NCBI GenBank assembly: GCA_036274895.1
Contig: DASUEU010000051.1
Location: forward strand, 142,407 to 206,406
Direction: 5' to 3'
From: Thermoanaerobaculia bacterium
Lineage (GTDB): Bacteria; Acidobacteriota; Thermoanaerobaculia; Multivoradales; SZUA-115
DNA length: 64,000 nucleotides
Under the pieces are notes generated by a model. It did not search any database, was not told the origin of the DNA, and worked only from the letters and a program-made list of their open reading frames with translations. Below, piece by piece: positions 7,812 through 56,496 of this stretch (the first letter of the stretch is position 1; every line of letters starts with the position of its first letter). Both the position numbers and the translations under genes were made by a program.

Positions 7812-9092
7812 TCAAGCCGCCAGGGGGCGGCTCAGCTCTCGATAGGTGATGCGCGGACCGTCGCGCTCGATGAAACGGCCGTCCTCCCAGGCCCAGACCC
7901 AGCCGGAGCGCTTCCGGCCGCCGTAGGGGGGATGGGGGATGCGGCCGAAGTAGTCCAGCCAGATCTCGTTGTGGAACACCAGCCCGTGGCTCTTGGCCAG
8001 CTCGTCCAAGTGGGCGCGGGTGCCGCCGTAGAGGCTGGCGGCGAGGCCGTAGGGGCTGGCGGCGGCGAGGCGCAGGGCCTCCTCGTCGCTGCCCACCACC
8101 TGGATCGGCAGCAGCGGGCCGAAGGTCTCCTCCTGGAAGAGAGCCATCTCGCCGTGGCAGCCGGCGAGCACCGTGGGCTCGATCAGCACGGCCGGGCGAC
8201 CGTCGGAGAGCCGGGTGTCGGACCACCGGCCGCCGGCGAGCACCCGTGCCCCCTTGGCCACGGCGTCCGCCAGCTGGCGGCGCACCCGCTCGGCGACGTG
8301 GCGGGCGAGGATCGGCCCCATGCGCACCCGCGGGTCGTAAGGGTCACCGATCACCAGGCTGTGGGTCCGCTCGACCACCGCCTCGGTGAACTCCCCGAGC
8401 AGCGTCTCGTGGACGTAGAAGCGCTCCGGCGAGGTGCAGGCCTGCCCGGCGTTCGAGAAAGCGCCGCGCACGGCGTCCCGCGCCGCCTGCTCGAGGTCGC
8501 AGCCGCGCAGCACCAGGAAGGGGTCCTTGCCCGGCCCCTCGAAGATCAGCTTCTTGCGCCCGGCCTCGACCTTCTGGCGATAGGGCAGGGCCCAGTCGTC
8601 GTCCCCGAAGACCATCACCACGTCGATCTCGGCACCGGCCAGGGTGGCGTCGAGGAACTCCGGCCCCGGCCGGTGGTCGAAGGTGAGGCCCGGCAGGTGA
8701 TCGCGGAAGAGGGGCTCAAGCCGCGCGGCCCAGCGCCGGGAGGCGGACGGGAAGCGCCCCACCACCCGGTTGCCGGCCAGCCAGGCGGTGCCCAGGGCAC
8801 CGACCGGGTTGGACAGGGCGGCGTTGCTCGGGAAGACCACGGCCACCCCGCCCTGGGGCCGGCGCTCCCCGAGCGGGCCGACCAGCTCGCCGTACGCCCG
8901 CAACCGCCGCAAGGCCAGGGCGACCTCCCCTTCCGCTTCGAAGCGGATCCTCCCGAGCTCCTGGACGATCGCCGTGACCCACTGCTCCCGCCGCTCCTCG
9001 ATGGCGTCGGCGAGGCCGCTCAAGGCCCCTGCTCGCTCGGAGAGGTCGAGGTCCGCGACTCGCTCGGGGACAATTTTTAGCGCCGTAGACAC
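7812..9092 (-). CDS. Aldehyde dehydrogenase family protein (short form, 426 aa)
   Basis: GTG start at 9092 with GAGGTG 4 nt upstream. FEGPGKDP (general-base Glu region), catalytic Cys in SNAGQACTSPERF, EETFGPLLPI. Confidence 0.8.
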   Translation of the reverse strand: MSTALKIVPERVADLDLSERAGALSGLADAIEERREQWVTAIVQELGRIRFEAEGEVALALRRLRAYGELVGPLGERRPQGGVAVVFPSNAALSNPVGALGTAWLAGNRVVGRFPSASRRWAARLEPLFRDHLPGLTFDHRPGPEFLDATLAGAEIDVVMVFGDDDWALPYRQKVEAGRKKLIFEGPGKDPFLVLRGCDLEQAARDAVRGAFSNAGQACTSPERFYVHETLLGEFTEAVVERTHSLVIGDPYDPRVRMGPILARHVAERVRRQLADAVAKGARVLAGGRWSDTRLSDGRPAVLIEPTVLAGCHGEMALFQEETFGPLLPIQVVGSDEEALRLAAASPYGLAASLYGGTRAHLDELAKSHGLVFHNEIWLDYFGRIPHPPYGGRKRSGWVWAWEDGRFIERDGPRITYRELSRPLAA

Positions 9093-9146
9093 AACTCACC
9101 TCTAGGGAAGGCCATTCCCAAATTCGTTAGATTTATGTCTATTTCT

Positions 9147-9180
9147 CCGCCCGTCTCGGGGAAAGTCCCCGAGGGGGCGG
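9147..9180 (-). terminator. Putative hairpin terminator after the permease gene
   Basis: CCGCCC-gt-CTCGGGG-aaagt-CCCCGAG-g-GGGCGG, 11 nt 3' of the permease stop (9191). It is followed on the minus strand by an AT-rich stretch (AGAAATAGACATAAATC) but no clean U-tract. Confidence 0.35.
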
Positions 9181-9190
9181 AGCCCTGCTA

Positions 9191-11638
9191 CTAACCTGCG
9201 CGCAGCGCGATCACCGGATCGACGCTCGCCGCCCGTCGTGCCGGCACCCAGCAGGCCACGCCCACCACCACGGCGAGGATCACTGCCACGCCGAGGAGGG
9301 TTGGAACGTCGGCCGCCTGGAGGCCGTACAACAGGTCCTGGAGCTGGCGGGCCACCACCAGGGCGGCCACCAGCCCGAGCGAGAGACCCGCGGCCACCAG
9401 CAGGGCCGCCTCGCGCAGCATCAAACCCACTACCGTCTCCTTCTCGGCCCCGAGGGCCATGCGAATGCCGATCTCCGGCGTGCGCTCCTGGGTCAGGAAG
9501 GCGATCACCCCGCTGATGCCGGTGACCGCGATGACGAAGGCCAGGAGGGCGAAGAGCATCATCAAACGAGTGGTCAGGCGGGTCGGTGCCATCGACTCCT
9601 CACGCACCTCCTGGAGGGTGCGCACCTGGACCACGGGCAGCTCCGGGTCGGCCGAGCGAATCACCCGGCGGATCTCCGGCAAGAGGTTGCGCGGCGGCCC
9701 CTGGGTCTTGACCAGCAGCCGCATCTCGAAGTCGTTGTACTGGGTGATCGGGATGTAGAACTCCGGCTCCACGGTTTCACCCAGCCGAGCCTGGCTGACG
9801 TCCCCCACCACACCGACGATGGTGCGCCAGCGGGGCTCGCGGGTCGGCGAGACCACCACTCCGAGCCGCTGGCCCAGGGGCTCCTCGTTGGGGAAGTAGC
9901 GCTCGGCGAGGGTGCGGTTGATCACGATCACCATCGGCGCTTCCGAGGTGTCGGTCGGGTCGAAGTCGCGGCCCTTGAGCAGGGGGATGCTCAGGGTCTT
10001 GAAGTAGTCGTCGGTGATCATCCGGATGGTCGCCGTGGCGGCGGCGTCGGTTGGCTTCACCTCTCGGTTCTGGACCCGGAAGATCGGCGTGGCGACCACA
10101 CCGTTCAGGGGAAAGTCACTGGCCACCGCCGCCGAGACCACCCCGGGCAGGCTTTGCACCCGCGGCACCAGCTGCAGGTGGAAGTCCCGGATCTGCTGAT
10201 AGGTCTGGTACTTGCCGAAAGACAGGGGCAGCAGCATGGTGAGCACGTTGTCCTGCTCGAAGCCGGTCTCCACCTGGCGCAGATTGATCAGACTGCGCAC
10301 CATGAGCGCGGTGACGAAGAGCAGCACGAAGGAGGCGGCGAGCTGCACGATCACCAGGCCCCGGCGCGAGCGGTGCTTGTTGGCGGCGCCCGTGCTCTTG
10401 CCCCCGGAGGCATCCTTCAAGGTGGTGACCAGGTCCCGGCGCAGGCTGTGCCAGGCCGGGAAGAGCCCGAACACCAGCCCGGTGCCCACCGAGATCAGCA
10501 GGGTGAAGACCAGCACCGGCCAGGACAGGGAGATCTCGTCGGTCCAGGGCGTGAAGCGGGAGGCGAAGCTCACCAGCACGCTCTTGCCCAGGAAGGCCAG
10601 GGTGAGCCCGAGCAGACCGCCGATCACGGAGAGCAGCGCGCTCTCGGTCACCAGCTGGCGCACCAGGCGTCCCGGCGATGCTCCCAGCGCGGTGCGCATC
10701 GCCACCTCGCGGTCGCGCCGGATCATCCGCGCCAGGGTCAGGTTGGCGACGTTGGCACAGGCGATCAGCAGCACCAGCCCGACCGTCGAGACCAGCATGA
10801 AGACCAGGGGCCGGAAGCGGCCCAGGAGCTCTTCGCGCACCGTGCCCAACCGGAGCTCCGTTCGCGAGTCGGCCGGATAGGAAGCGGCGTGCTCCTGGCG
10901 CATGCGACGGTTGATCGCGTCGAGCTCGGTCTGGGCGTCGGCGACGGTGCGTCCCGGTGCCAGCTTGCCGTAGAGAGCGACCATCCGCATGGACCGTTCC
11001 TGGATCATCATCTCGTTGCTGCGGAAGGGGCAGGCGGCGGGCGGAATGTAGATGTCGTTGGCGTCCGGAAAGGCGGGCAGGGGGGGCAGGATGCCGATGA
11101 CGGTGATCGAGCGATCGTTCATCTGCAGGGCCCTGCCGATGACCCCGCGGTCCCCCCCGAAGCGGCTCTGCCAGTAGCGATGGCTGAGCAGCGTCACCGG
11201 TTCCGCGCCGGTCTCGTTGTCGGCCGGGCTGAAGGCTCGGCCGTCGATGGGCTGCACGCCCATGGCGGGGAAGTAGGTCTCGTTGACCACTCCCACCTGC
11301 ACCCGGTCCGGTTCTCCGAGACCGGTCAGGTTGTAGAACATCGAGTGGTACTCGTTGAGGTGCTCGAAGGTCCGGGATTCCCGCTGAAAGGTCAGGTACT
11401 CCTGGACCGCGAAGGCGAGGTCGGCATCCGGCTCCGCAGGATTGACCTGACGCACGTGCACCAGCCGATCGGCATCCTGATAAGGCAGGGGCCTGAACAG
11501 CACTCCATAAATCACACTGAAGATGGCCGTGTTGGCGCCGATCCCCAAGGCGAGAGTGAGGATCGCCACCAGAGCGTAGCCGGGATGCGCGACCAGCTGG
11601 CGCCAGGCGTAGAGGAGGTCTTGTTTCAGGGCATGCAT
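9191..11638 (-). CDS. ADOP-type (MacB/FtsX-like) duplicated ABC-transporter permease, no adjacent ATPase
   Basis: Track ORF starts at GTG 11656. ATG at 11638 (MHALKQDLLYAWRQLVAHPGYALVAILTLALGIGANTAIFSVIYGVLFRPLPYQDADRLV) has GGGAG upstream and matches the usual N-terminus of this family. There are two FtsX-like four-helix halves, each after a large periplasmic domain. Confidence 0.85.
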   Translation of the reverse strand: MHALKQDLLYAWRQLVAHPGYALVAILTLALGIGANTAIFSVIYGVLFRPLPYQDADRLVHVRQVNPAEPDADLAFAVQEYLTFQRESRTFEHLNEYHSMFYNLTGLGEPDRVQVGVVNETYFPAMGVQPIDGRAFSPADNETGAEPVTLLSHRYWQSRFGGDRGVIGRALQMNDRSITVIGILPPLPAFPDANDIYIPPAACPFRSNEMMIQERSMRMVALYGKLAPGRTVADAQTELDAINRRMRQEHAASYPADSRTELRLGTVREELLGRFRPLVFMLVSTVGLVLLIACANVANLTLARMIRRDREVAMRTALGASPGRLVRQLVTESALLSVIGGLLGLTLAFLGKSVLVSFASRFTPWTDEISLSWPVLVFTLLISVGTGLVFGLFPAWHSLRRDLVTTLKDASGGKSTGAANKHRSRRGLVIVQLAASFVLLFVTALMVRSLINLRQVETGFEQDNVLTMLLPLSFGKYQTYQQIRDFHLQLVPRVQSLPGVVSAAVASDFPLNGVVATPIFRVQNREVKPTDAAATATIRMITDDYFKTLSIPLLKGRDFDPTDTSEAPMVIVINRTLAERYFPNEEPLGQRLGVVVSPTREPRWRTIVGVVGDVSQARLGETVEPEFYIPITQYNDFEMRLLVKTQGPPRNLLPEIRRVIRSADPELPVVQVRTLQEVREESMAPTRLTTRLMMLFALLAFVIAVTGISGVIAFLTQERTPEIGIRMALGAEKETVVGLMLREAALLVAAGLSLGLVAALVVARQLQDLLYGLQAADVPTLLGVAVILAVVVGVACWVPARRAASVDPVIALRAG

Positions 11639-11699
11639 AGCAGTCTCCCAACTCACGAATCAGAGCGTGGTCCGTCCCACCATAGGTCGGAAAGGCGCA

Positions 11700-13261
11700 T
11701 TATGACGTGACCAGGGAGATCCCCGCCTCCTCGCGACAGTCGAACCACGCCCCCAGCAAGGGGCCACGAACCTTCAGCTCCTTCTTCCTGACTTTGTGCG
11801 TGGGAGTCATCGGCAGCTCCTCGCAGAGCTCGAGAAAACGCGGCACCTTGAACGGCGCCAGCGAGTCGGCGCACCAGCTGCGCAGCTGGGTGGCCGAGAC
11901 CTGCCAGCCCGGGCGCAACACCAGATAGGCCTTGATCTCCTCACCGCCGAGGTCGTCCGCCACACCGACCACCGCGGCCAGCGCCACCGCGGGATGGCGG
12001 GCGAGCACCCCTTCCACCTCCGAGGCGGCGACGTTCTCCCCCCGCCGGCGCACCACGTCCTTGTCGCGACCCAGGAAGTAGAACCAGCCTTCCTCGTCGC
12101 CATAGCCGGAATCGCCGGTGCGGAACCAGTCACCGACGAAGACGCTGGCGGTCAGGGCCGGATCGCCCTCGTAACCGTCCATCATGGCGGCGTTGCGCTC
12201 GACCTGGATCTCCCCCACCTCGCCGGCCGGCAGGCTCCGGCCAAGGTCGTCGGCGATGCGCACCCGGGCGTGCTCCAAGGCCCTGCCGATCGAGCCCCGG
12301 CGGCCCAGGGCGAGGGAGTTGCACAGCACGGTGCTGGTCTCGGTCAGGCCATAACCCTCGACCACCGGCACGGCGAAACGGCGGGAGAACTCCTCCGCCA
12401 CGTCGGGACGGGCACCGCCGCCGTAGACCGCCCGCAGGGTGTGCTCGCGCTCTCCGGGCACCGGCGAGTGCTTGCAGAGCACGGCGAGCATCTCGCCGAT
12501 GTAGCGCACCAGGGTCGCCCGCGTCTCGGCCACCTGGCGCCAGAAGTCGCTGCCGCGGAAGCGCTCCACCACGGCGATCGAGGCCCCGGCGGCGAGCGCG
12601 CTGGCCGCGAAGGCCTGGCCAGCCAGGTGGAAGAGAGGCAGGCAGCCGAAGAAGCGGTCCTCGGGCGTCACCGCCATGAACCGCCCGAAGGCGAGGGCGG
12701 GTAGCACGAAGCTGCTGTGGGTCATGCGCACGCCCTTGGGCGCGCCGGTGGTGCCCGAGGTGAACAGCAACGAGACCAGCTGCCCCGGCGCCGGCCGGGC
12801 CAGGCTGCGGGGCACTCCCCCAACCAGCTGGGACCAGGACAGGGCTTGGGGCGGCGGCTCGCCGTCGATCACCGCTCGCCACGGCAGGGCGGCCGCCTCC
12901 TCGAGCGCGGAGCCATGGGCCTGGTCGGTCACCAGGCCACAGGCGCCGGCGCGAGCGAGCAGGACGCGCACCTCGGGCAGGGTCGAGTCCGGGTGCATGG
13001 GCACCATCGCCGCCCCCAACCGTGCCAGGGCCAGCCAGAGGGTCAGCATCTCGGGCCGGCTGGGCAGCAGCACCGCCACTCGGCTGCCCGCGCCCACGCC
13101 CAGCTCGGCCAGCGAGCCGGCGAGACGGTCCACTTCCGACCCGATCTCGCCGAAGGTCCGGCCGGCAGGACCGCCGAGCAGGAAGGGGCGCTGCTCGAAG
13201 CGCTCGAGGGAGCGGTCGAGCAGGTCGGCGAGGTTGAGGGTCAGGGCGTGCTCGAGATCGG

Positions 13262-13265
<4 letters not shown>
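11700..13265 (-). CDS. AMP-dependent synthetase/ligase (acyl-CoA ligase-like)
   Basis: 521 aa, ATG 13265 in an ATGA overlap with the NRPS stop. LLFTSGTTGAPKG, YGLTETS, WFRTGD, PMTPTHKVRKKEL. Confidence 0.85.
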
Positions 13266-52413
<39,148 letters not shown>

Positions 52414-52430
<17 letters not shown>

Positions 52431-54111
52431 GGCCCTCCCGAACCGTCCATCGGCCCAGCCCCCCAGGTCCCAGTCGCTCCTGCCACGCGAAGAAGCCGTC
52501 GACGTCGCCGTCGTAGCTCACGCGCCCTTCGTCGAGCCGGATGATGCGGTCCGCGACGCGGTAGTACTGATCATCGTGAGTGATCGCCAACACCGTCTTG
52601 CCACGCTGCTTCAGATCGCTCAGCAGCTGGAAGTAGAAGAAGTGACGGAAAGAGGGATCCTGGTCCGCCGCCCATTCGTCGAGCAGATAGATCTGTCGGT
52701 CTTCGAGATAGGCGGCGAGCAAGGCCAGCCGCTTCTTCTGGCCCTGCGACAGTTCGAGGGTGGAGAGCTTGCCGTCCTCGATCGATACTTTCGAGTCCAG
52801 GGCGAGCATCGCCAGCAGCTCCTTCGATCGGTTTTCGAGATCCGTGGCGTCGACGCCGTGGAGCTGGCGGAAGAGGTGGAAGTCCGCGAAGACCACGGAA
52901 AAGAGCGACTGCAGCCGCTCCCGCTCGCGGCCCGCGGAGACCTGGCCATCGATCAACACCTGTCCCTGGTCGGGGTCGTACAGGCCAACCAGCAGCTTCG
53001 CGAGGCTGGTCTTGCCGCTGCCGTTGCCACCGGTGATGAAGACCACCTCGCCGGGTTTGAACGAAAGGTCGACGGGGCCGAGCGCGAAGCCATCGCCGCC
53101 ACTGCCATTCTCGTGGTAGACGTGGTGCACGCCCTCGAGCTTGAGCTCGCGCCAAGCGCCGCGAGCCTCGGGACGCGCTTCGATCGGCTCGGCCAGCTTG
53201 CTCAGGTCCAGGCCGAGCTGAGCCGCGCGATCGAGCGAGACCCGGATCCGCCCGAACATGGGCATGGAGTCCATGATCACCTGGAGGGGGGAGAGCATGT
53301 AGAGCAGGACCAGGGTGTAACTGATCAGGTTGCCGGCCAGGCCGAACTGACCACCGATCGCCAGCAGGCCGGCCACCAACGCGAAGAACAGCAGGTTGCC
53401 CCACGCCAGGCCGACGCCGAAGATCCTGGCCGAGGAGAGGTTGGCTTCCATCTGCTGGCGCGCCGTCTGCTCGAGGCCGCCCAGGAAGGAAAGACGCCGG
53501 CCCAGGTGGACCTTCAGCTCCTTGATCCCGTGCAGCAGACCCCGCAGGTCGTCGACCAGAGTCTCCTGGAGGCGCCGCGCCTCGAGAAAGCGCTTGTGGC
53601 CCAACCAGATCGGTAGCTGATAGGTGACCACCCCGAGCACGAACAATCCCAGCAGGATGCCGAACAGAGGCGGTGACAGGAAGGCCAGGTAGACCATGCA
53701 GCTGACCACCACGGCGATGTTCGCCAGGGTGCCCGGCACCAGCACCACCCCGGCCGAGACGTAGTTGAGGTCGTCGGTCAGCACGGTGAGCAGGCGGGAG
53801 GTGCCCACCTCCTCGAGCTTGCGCAGGGGCGTGCCGAGGATCTTCCTGGCGAGATCCAGGCGCAAGTCGAGCAGCACGCTCTGGCCGAGCTTCGACAGCA
53901 CGTACATCGACAGGAAGCGCAGCCCCGAGACGCACAGACCGAGGATGAAGAAGGCGGTGAAGAAGCTCCAGTCCGCCCGCTCGGGAGCCACCACCGCACG
54001 GTTGATCAGGGCGAGCAACCAGGCCGATGCGGCGCCGCTGGCGATGCCCACCAGGACCGCCATGGTCAGCAGCACGGGTGAGCGTCGGAACTCCAATGCG
54101 AGCAGGTTCAT
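52414..54111 (-). CDS. Fused TMD-NBD ABC exporter of the SyrD/PvdE cyclic-peptide-transporter type
   Basis: 565 aa, ATG 54111 in an ATGA overlap with the upstream stop. N-terminal six-helix TMD. Walker A GGNGSGKTS, signature LSQGQKKRL, Walker B IYLLDEWAADQD, ITHDD. Confidence 0.85.
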
Positions 54112-55034
54112 ATACGTTTCTCTCCCAGCCGTCCGTTACCGTTGCCGACGCGGCGCGACAGCACGTAGCTGCCGCCTCCAGGTCCATCCACGGTCATGCC
54201 CTCGATCTCGTAACCGCGGCCGAAGTAGCTCAGGAAGACCTCGCGGATCTCCATGCGCCAGCGCAGGGCCAATGCCAGGTCGCGGCGGCGCATCGCCTGG
54301 TAGCTCGAGGGGATGGTCACCAGCACCTTCGGGGCGTCGAGACCGAGCTCGATCCGTTCGTTGTGCTCGAAGCCGAACCGTCCGGCGATCGCGACCGTGT
54401 TGACATGGGGCGCTGCCCCCGCCGCGCCGGCTCCCTCGCCCCGCAGCCGGCGCATCACCCGCTGATCGTCCAGGCGCCAGTCGACGAAGAGGCGATCGGT
54501 CGGCAGCTGCCGGGCCGTGCTCGCCGGATCCTCGCCGTAGTAGTTCACCAGGTAGCGGTTGCACACGCAGCCGAGCTTGCGAATGTTGAGGTGGGCGTTG
54601 AGGCTGAGCAGGGGGTCGAAGGTCCAGTTGATCAGCGTCACTCCACCGGCGAGGACGTGTTCGCGCTGGGCGACCTTGAGCCGGTAACCGAGGCCGCCGC
54701 CGCGATAACCCGGGTCCACCGCGAGCATCACCGAGTACTGGCTGCGCCGACCGGAGGCCGACCAGCCGGGGATCCACGACACCACCCCGACCATCCGGCC
54801 GTTGGCCGTGAAAGCCCCGAGGGTGGCGCCGCCCGCCTTGCCACCGATCACCAGCATCACGGTGGGCACCACCACGAACGCGCCTTCACCCCACACCGCC
54901 CACTGCAGGCGCTCCGCGGCCTCCAACTCGGCCACGCCCTCCAGCGGCCTGATCGCCACCGCCTCCTCGGGGGCCTCGGCCCGCAGCTCGGTCACCACTT
55001 CGGTCGGTCCCAAGGTCTCTTCCGCTCCACTCAT
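54108..55034 (-). CDS. GNAT-superfamily acyltransferase (COG3375-like)
   Basis: Preferred start is ATG 55034 (MSGAEETLGPTEV), in an ATGA overlap with the upstream stop. The track ORF extends to 55112. Acyl-CoA-binding-type motif YRGGGLGYRLK, and TFDPLLSLNAHLNIRKLG. Confidence 0.6.
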   Translation of the reverse strand: MSGAEETLGPTEVVTELRAEAPEEAVAIRPLEGVAELEAAERLQWAVWGEGAFVVVPTVMLVIGGKAGGATLGAFTANGRMVGVVSWIPGWSASGRRSQYSVMLAVDPGYRGGGLGYRLKVAQREHVLAGGVTLINWTFDPLLSLNAHLNIRKLGCVCNRYLVNYYGEDPASTARQLPTDRLFVDWRLDDQRVMRRLRGEGAGAAGAAPHVNTVAIAGRFGFEHNERIELGLDAPKVLVTIPSSYQAMRRRDLALALRWRMEIREVFLSYFGRGYEIEGMTVDGPGGGSYVLSRRVGNGNGRLGEKRI

Positions 55035-56074
55035 GGTGCACCCAGCTCCCCGGTCTGCAGGTCTCGGCCCGGGACCGTCAGGGGCCGCGCCGCGGCTTGA
55101 CGATGCCGCCACTTCAGCTCTCGGCCGATGCGCCCCCCTTCCTGGAGGAAGCTCACCAGTCGCCGGCTCAGGTTGCGCAGGGCGGAGTCGGACTCCGGCA
55201 GCCGGGAGCTCTTGGTCGAGCCCAACCAGCGCAGGACACCACCCAACCAGGCGCCACCACTGCCCATCACACAGAGCTCGACGCTCGGATGGTGTGCCAT
55301 CAGCTCGCCCATGGCGCGAGAGCGCTCGAGCCGGGGGCGGTCCGCCAGAACGAACAGGCGGTTACCGTTCACCTGGTGCGCGAGTAGCTCCTTGAGCAGG
55401 GCCACCAGCTCTCGGCTGCTCGCTCGCCCTGGGGATTGCCGACCGGAGCCGGGGAGTGGGGCGCAGAGCAGGCCGTAGAGATCGAGAGCACCTGGTCGCA
55501 GGGGTCTCAGCGATGAGCCGTTGCCAGACTCTGGTAGCTCCTCGCGGAACACGGCGCAGCGCAGATCGGACTTGAGGTAGAGACCCACCAAGTCGAGCTC
55601 GCTGGCAGCAGGGGCTGGCACTTCGGAGACCGTCGACTTGCCGAGCGGTTGGCTCGGCATCACCCGCTTCTGCCAGGCCCTGGCCACCGTCATGTGCGAA
55701 AGACCGAGCTCCTGGGCGAGCGTCCTCGTGCTCCATCGCTTACGCCCATCGGCGAGCCGGTCGCTCATCGCCGAGAGGATCTTCTGCTCGCTGACGCCGT
55801 GATCGAAGCGGATGATGCGGCCGCGATGGCGCGTGTAGAGGCCCGCCAGCCGTTCTTTGACGAAGCGCTTTTTCCAGCGGCTGGCAAACGCAAAGCTGCA
55901 ACCCAGCGCTTCGCGGATCTCTCGGTAGGTCCTGCCCTCGTCGAGAAGCAAGAGGAGACGAGCTACCTTGACCTCACTGGCGGAGACCTTCGAGCTCGAC
56001 GCAGTTCGCTCGAGCTCTTCCCTTTCGTGGGCCGTCAATCTGACATGAGCAAGACGCATGGCTTCCAGCTCCAT
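55031..56074 (-). CDS. IS630-family transposase-like protein, probably catalytically dead (domesticated or decaying)
   Basis: N-terminal double HTH organisation typical of IS630 transposases (LTAHEREELERTASSSKVSASEVKVARLLLLLDEGRTYREIREALGCSFAFASRWKKRF...WSTRTLAQELGLSHMTVARAWQK...LVGLYL). The DDE region is shortened and reads FREEL / LADRP / VLRWL where I expect VDEKS / LDNYxxH / VERWF. The start is uncertain: ATG 56074 (MELEAM) is chosen; ATG 56059 and GTG 56134 are alternatives. GC looks visibly lower than the neighbours by eye. Confidence 0.55.
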   Translation of the reverse strand: MELEAMRLAHVRLTAHEREELERTASSSKVSASEVKVARLLLLLDEGRTYREIREALGCSFAFASRWKKRFVKERLAGLYTRHRGRIIRFDHGVSEQKILSAMSDRLADGRKRWSTRTLAQELGLSHMTVARAWQKRVMPSQPLGKSTVSEVPAPAASELDLVGLYLKSDLRCAVFREELPESGNGSSLRPLRPGALDLYGLLCAPLPGSGRQSPGRASSRELVALLKELLAHQVNGNRLFVLADRPRLERSRAMGELMAHHPSVELCVMGSGGAWLGGVLRWLGSTKSSRLPESDSALRNLSRRLVSFLQEGGRIGRELKWRHRQAAARPLTVPGRDLQTGELGAP

Positions 56075-56496
56075 AGAAGTCACTTCGCCGATCACAACGC
56101 AGGTCCGAAATACGCGCCGCGGCCTCCACCTCACAGCTCATCTCAAATCGACAACCAAAGATCAAGAGCGATCCTCCTGCTGTCCCCTTCTGCCGGTGAT
56201 CAAGCCGCTTCAGCGCGGCGGAGATTCCCTCGCTTTCGATCCAAACGTTACGGAAGGAGCCACCGAACCGATCCCATCAGCGCTGTCGATGTCGAGTCCG
56301 AGGACTCGAAAAGCCCGCAGAATGGCCGTTTCACGCTCGATAGATAGCGGGCTCGAGGCTGGTTGGAGGGCGGCACCGTTGCAGCGCATGAAGAAAGGGT
56401 AGTGGCTGAATATGGGAGCGTCAATACTGCGATCATGGCGAGTGGAGAACTTATTCGATGTGGTCACTACCATTCCCGTTTTTTCTATGATGACTT

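Noticed and set aside
11639-11656. GTG starts used by the ORF track for the permease (11656) and the DegT gene (6601).
   Set aside because: Downstream ATGs (11638 and 6595) have better-spaced GGAG-type ribosome-binding sites. For the permease, the ATG also gives the N-terminus typical of the family. The GTG alternatives cannot be excluded without experimental data.
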